Made by a program: the position numbers and the translations under genes. DNA of 64,000 nt from Octopus vulgaris (taxonomy: Eukaryota). This document shows, piece after piece, positions 59,125 to 64,000 of this stretch. How positions within the stretch are numbered: the stretch's first letter is position 1; every line of letters starts with the position of its first letter. The notes under the pieces are model-generated. The model did not search any database, was not told the origin of the DNA, and saw nothing but the letters and a program-made list of their open reading frames with translations. The DNA lies in the NCBI GenBank assembly GCA_951406725.2, contig OX597818.1:93062001-93126000 (forward strand), written 5' to 3'.

Positions 59125-59406
59125 TGCGTGTGTGTATGTATGCATATATGTATGTATGCATGTATATGTGTATGTATATATATGTGTGTAAGTGTGTGCA
59201 TATATGTATATGTAAGTATGTGTGCGCGTATGAGTATGTATGTATGCTTGCACACGTGTATATATATGTGTGTGTGTGTATATATATGGATGCGCGTGCG
59301 TGTGTGCACGTGTATGGGTACGCATGTATATGTGTATGTGCGTGTATGTGTATACGTGTATGTATGTATGTGTGTGCGTATATTTGTATATGTATGTGTG
59401 AGTGTG

Positions 59407-59443
<37 letters not shown>

Positions 59444-59613
59444 TGGGTGTGTGTATGCGTATAAATGCATGTAAGTATGGATGTATGTATGTATGTATAC
59501 GTATGTATGTGTGTATGTGTGTATGTATATATATGTGTGTATATATGTTTGTGTATGTATATATATGTGTATGTATGTGTGTGTATATATATGTGTGTAT
59601 GTGTATGTATGTA

Positions 59614-59651
<38 letters not shown>
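56930..59651. repeat. ~2.7-kb compound (TA)/(TG)/(TATG) microsatellite field with internal higher-order duplications
   Basis: Recurring anchors TAGGTATGTAGAGTTAT and GGATGCGCGTG...GGGTACGCATG. Confidence 0.9.
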
Positions 59652-59659
<8 letters not shown>

Positions 59660-59735
59660 TAAACAGTAAAAATAATTACAGACATGGACAAGAACATGAA
59701 ACGCCACAGAGACGACACAAGAACCACAGGACGGG

Positions 59736-59882
59736 ACATTCGAAGCCCTCAGTCATCAGTCAAGAACCAGATCATCATAGCAATTTCGGCTGATTAATCT
59801 TGAGATTGCTCCGATATGGGCAGCCCGCCACGGGAAATCTAAGCCAAGTGCATTAGATCCCCTGGAAGAAAGCTTCGAATGT
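59736..59882 (-). ncRNA. non-circularly permuted hammerhead-like ribozyme (family 1, copy 1)
   Basis: GGCUG-c-CCAUAUC-gg-AGCAAUC^UCAAGA-uuaau-CAGCC-GAAA-UUGCU-augau-GAUCUGG-u-UCUUGA-CUGAUGA, closed by a 15-bp outer helix. Confidence 0.7.
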
Positions 59883-60513
59883 ATACAACACGAGGACGGA
59901 AAACGAACGAAGTACACGAACAAAAATACAGAATACGTGACAACAATAAGAATACAAAAACGTAAAAACAATAACGGTAAAAATAAAGTATAAAAAATAA
60001 ACAACAAAACAAAACCAGGACGTAGGACAAGGGTCTTTCGACAGGACGAATTGAGCATGGGGCTGGCTTGTGAAGTTGTGCCTAATGGCCACAGGAGACG
60101 AACAAGTACGTGTTGCTTCAGCGGCTGCTGGAACGAAAAGAGCGTTCAACAGCGTCTAGCGGTCACGTGAGAACAAAAGACAAGAGAAAGGGACAGATGA
60201 AAAGAGAGAGAAGGTGGACGAGGGAGGAGAAGAAAGAGACAGATCGAGGGGGCTGGAGGTGAGAGAGATAGAGAAACGTAGAAGGGGGGGGAACGGATGG
60301 AGAGGGAAAGAAAGGAGGGGGAATAAGGGAGAGAGAGAGAGAGAGAAAGAAAGATTAAGAGTCGTATCAATGCTTGAGAAAAAAATATACTTATCGTATA
60401 AGGACAATTGTGGATACGTAGCCGCCGATTATATAGGTAAACAGTAAAAATAATTACAGACATGGACAAGAACATGAAACGCCACAGAGACGACACAAGA
60501 ACCACAGGACGGG

Positions 60514-60660
60514 ACATTCGAAGCCCTCAGTCATCAGTCAAGAACCAGATCATCTTAGCAATTTCGGCTGATTAATCTTGAGATTGCTCCGATATGGGCA
60601 GCCTGCCACGGGAAATCTAAGCCAAGTGCATTAGATCCCCTGGAAGAAAGCTTCGAATGT
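60514..60660 (-). ncRNA. permuted hammerhead-like ribozyme, copy 2
   Basis: Offset +778. All helices and the core retained. Confidence 0.7.
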
Positions 60661-61291
60661 ATACAACACGAGGACGGAAAACGAACGAAGTACACGAACA
60701 AAAATACAGAATACGTGACAACAATAAGAATACAAAAACGTAAAAACAATAACGGTAAAAATAAAGTATAAAAAATAAACAACAAAACAAAACCAGGACG
60801 TAGGACAAGGGTCTTTCGACAGGACGAATTGAGCATGGGGCTGGCTTGTGAAGTTGTGCCTAATGGCCACAGGGAGACGAACAAGTACGTGTTGCTTCAG
60901 CGGCTGCTGGAACGAAAAGAGCGTTCAACAGCGTCTAGCGGTCACGTGAGAACAAAAGACAAGAGAAAGGGACAGATGAAAAGAGAGAGAAGGTGGACGA
61001 GGGAGGAGAAGAAAGAGACAGATCGAGGGGGCTGGAGGTGAGAGAGATAGAGAAACGTAGAAGGGGGGGGAACGGATGGAGAGGGAAAGAAAGGAGGGGG
61101 AATAAGGGAGGAGAGAGAGAGAGAAAGAAAGATTAAGAGTCGTATCAATGCTTGAGAAAAAAATATACTTATCGTATAAGGACAATTGTGGATACGTAGC
61201 CGCCGATTATATAGGTAAACAGTAAAAATAATTACAGACATGGACAAGAACATGAAACGCCACAGAGACGACACAAGAACCACAGGACGGG

Positions 61292-61438
61292 ACATTCGAA
61301 GCCCTCAGTCATCAGTCAAGAACCAGATCATCTTAGCAATTTCGGCTGATTAATCTTGAGATTGCTCCGATATGGGCAGCCCGCCACGGGAAATCTAAGC
61401 CAAGTGCATTAGATCCCCTGGAAGAAAGCTTCGAATGT
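61292..61438 (-). ncRNA. permuted hammerhead-like ribozyme, copy 3
   Basis: Offset +1556. All helices and the core retained. Confidence 0.7.
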
Positions 61439-61744
61439 ATACAACACGAGGACGGAAAACGAACGAAGTACACGAACAAAAATACAGAATACGTGACAAC
61501 AATAAGAATACAAAAACGTAAAAACAATAACGGTAAAAATAAAGTATAAAAAATAAACAACAAAACAAAACCAGGACGTAGGACAAGGGTCTTTCGACAG
61601 GACGAATTGAGCATGGGGCTGGCTTGTGAAGTTGTGCCTAATGGCCACAGGGAGACGAACAAGTACGTGTTGCTTCAGCGGCTGCTGGAACGAAAAGAGC
61701 GTTCAACAGCGTCTAGCGGTCACGTGAGAACAAAAGACAAGAGA

Positions 61745-61978
61745 AAGGATCCTGGCTATGGCAGCATGTCCATTTGTCTGTCTACTAGAAGGCAAGTACT
61801 CATTCCCGCACGCACACTCATTAGCACGTACATTCACCCATTCGTACACTCATACACATACACGTACGCACGCGTTATATTCATACATACAAACATCTAT
61901 ATATGTATATATATATGTATATATATATATATAGGTATGTATCTGTATGTAGGAGTATATATGTGTGTGTGTGTATGT

Positions 61979-62010
<32 letters not shown>

Positions 62011-62254
62011 TTATTGGTGTATATGTATAGACTAGCCTCCTAAAGTGTAGACACGAATCTGTAGGTACGAGTACGTATGTGTATATACGTGAACGTATGT
62101 AGATGTTTGTATGTATGAATATAACGCGTGCGTACGTGTATGTGTATGAGTGTACGAATGGGTGAATGTACGTGCTAATGAGTGTGCGTGCGGGAATGAG
62201 TACTTGCCTTCTAGTAGACAGACAAATGGACATGCTGCCATAGCCAGGATCCTT
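61745..62254. repeat. ~155-bp near-perfect inverted repeat
   Basis: AAGGATCCTGGCTATGGCAGC...CAAACATCTA (61745-61899) is mirrored at 62100-62254. Confidence 0.9.
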
Positions 62255-62334
62255 AGCTCTAGCGATCAAAGATAACAAAAGTAATAAATGAAGATAATAA
62301 AATTAAAATTAGGGAATGGGCCTGTATTGGATTG

Positions 62335-62369
<35 letters not shown>

Positions 62370-62803
62370 ATGTGTATGTGTAGGTATGTATAGGTACACA
62401 TGTGTATGTGTATGTGTATGTATATGTGTATATGTATGTATGTGCACACATGTATATATATGTATGCGTGTATATGTATATATATGTACATGTGTGTATG
62501 TGGGTGTATGTATATATAGGTGTAAATATGTGTATATAGGGAACTAGGTGTGTTGTGTGTGCATGAGTGTATGTGCGTATGAATATATATTTTTCTGTGT
62601 ATATATGTATGTGTGGTCGTGGGTATATATATATATACATGTGTGTATGCGTGCATGCATGGGAGTGAGTGTATGCATATATACGTGTGTGTATGTGTAG
62701 ACAGGTATAGGCATGTGCATGTGTATAAATTTGTATATGTGGGCGGGTGTATGTATGTGTGTATGTAGATATGTATGTATGTGTGTATATATGTATATGT
62801 ATA

Positions 62804-62844
<41 letters not shown>

Positions 62845-63197
62845 ATATATGTGTGTGTAGATACGTATACATGTGTGTATAGGTATAAGTGAGAATCTCC
62901 TTATTTACCTATAACTCTATCTTTTTTTATATATATATATTTTTATATATATATTTTTTATATATATTTTTTATTTTTTATTTATTTATATTTTTTAATT
63001 TTTTTATTTTATTTTTTTATTTTATTTTATTTTTTTATTTTTTTATTTATCTATTCTTTCATCTAACTTACCACTGACTCCTTGACCACTCCCCCAAGTA
63101 TGATATTTTGCGCTATGCCTACCCCCAAAAAAGTCCCCCACCACCACTCCTTTAAACCTGCCTAAATGTATAAATGCTAATACAATTCTTGTTAAAT

Positions 63198-63248
63198 AGC
63201 TTCCTGAAGATTTCTCTTGAATGAAACAGTACTAGTCCTGTAGAAGCT
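63198..63248 (+). ncRNA. type I hammerhead ribozyme
   Basis: AGCUUC-CUGAAGA-uUUCucuuGAAu-GAAA-CAG uacuaguc CUG-UA^GAAGCU. Perfect 6-bp stem I. Confidence 0.8.
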
Positions 63249-63525
63249 CCTTCTATATAATAAATTAATTTTACTCTGCTATGTATTGAGTACCTTACTT
63301 ACTGTGGTTAACCCCGAATCAACCCGGGACCTACATATATATATATATATGTATATATGTGTATATAGGGACTTGTGTGTGCATGTGTGTATGTGGATAT
63401 GTGTGTGTATGTGTGTATGTGTATGTGTGTGTATGTATATATTTTTTTGTGCGTATATGTATGTGTGGTCGTGTGTGTATATATACATGTGTGTGTGTAT
63501 ATATATATGCATATATATGTATATA

Positions 63526-63570
<45 letters not shown>

Positions 63571-63899
63571 GTGTATGTATATATATATGTATATGTATAT
63601 GTGTGTGTGTGTATGTATGTGTGTATGTATATGTGTGTGTGTGTGTGTGTATATATACATATGTGTATATGTATAAGTGAGAATCTCCTTATTTACCTAA
63701 AACTCTATTCTTCTATATATTTTTTTATTCTTTTATTTTTTTATTCTATTATTTATTCTTTTATCTAATTTACCACTGACTCCTTGACCACTCCCCCAAG
63801 TATGATATTTTTGCGCTATGCCTACCCCCAAAAAGTCCCCCACCCTCACCCCTTTAAACCTGCCTAAATGTATAAATGCCAATACAATTCTTGTTAACT

Positions 63900-63950
63900 A
63901 GCTTCCTGATGATTTCTCTTGAATGAAACAGTTCTAGTCCTGTAGAAGCT
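63900..63950 (+). ncRNA. type I hammerhead ribozyme (second copy)
   Basis: AGCUUC-CUGAUGA-uUUCucuuGAAu-GAAA-CAG uucuaguc CUG-UA^GAAGCU. Confidence 0.8.
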
Positions 63951-64000
63951 CCTTCTATATAATAAATTAAAATATATATATATATATATATTTATATACA

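Larger units (their letters stand above)
59652..61748 (-). repeat. tandem array of 2.7 near-identical 778-bp units (Penelope-like pseudo-LTR / retrozyme-like)
   Basis: GGTAAACAG anchors at 59658, 60436 and 61214. Only a few differences between copies. Confidence 0.95.
62883..63970 (+). mobile_element. two direct pseudo-LTR-like repeats (62883-63268 and 63671-63969), each with TATA box, hammerhead and AATAAA
   Basis: GTATAAGTGAGAATCTCC...ACCACTCCCCCAAG...TGTATAAATG...hammerhead...AATAAA, repeated twice. Confidence 0.8.

Noticed and set aside
56930-63800. Dozens of Y/I/C/V/H/T-rich ORFs (also at 8.3-11, 17.4-18, 30-34, 38.7-39.1 and 45 kb)
   Set aside because: They are translations of (TA)n, (TG)n, (TACA)n and (TAA)n repeats and are not proteins.

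Overview
This is repeat-dominated, AT-rich animal genomic DNA. The tRNA-derived SINE families and microsatellite load point to an octopus or other coleoid cephalopod (inference). Almost all ORF-track entries are translated microsatellites. The only host-gene signal is a minus-strand first coding exon at 12064-12111 (MDTENHCLKTGYLLKQ, resembling the first strand of a PH domain), with a possible later exon at 1081-1135. Mobile DNA includes many SINEs, CR1/L2-type and R4/Dong-type LINE fragments, two Penelope-like element (PLE) fragments (a Neptune-type RT and a Naiad-type GIY-YIG), non-autonomous Helitrons, MITEs/foldback elements, a Tc1/mariner derivative and a solo LTR. The main signal is RNA structure: about 11 hammerhead-ribozyme motifs. 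Four of them (48076-48153 and three copies in a 778-bp tandem array at 59652-61748) hold the full hammerhead core (CUGAUGA, GAAA, AUC) in a scrambled, non-circularly permuted order. Four helices covary between two families of unrelated primary sequence. This suggests a split or docking hammerhead, probably assembled in trans between tandem PLE pseudo-LTRs. All structures were read by eye and are untested.
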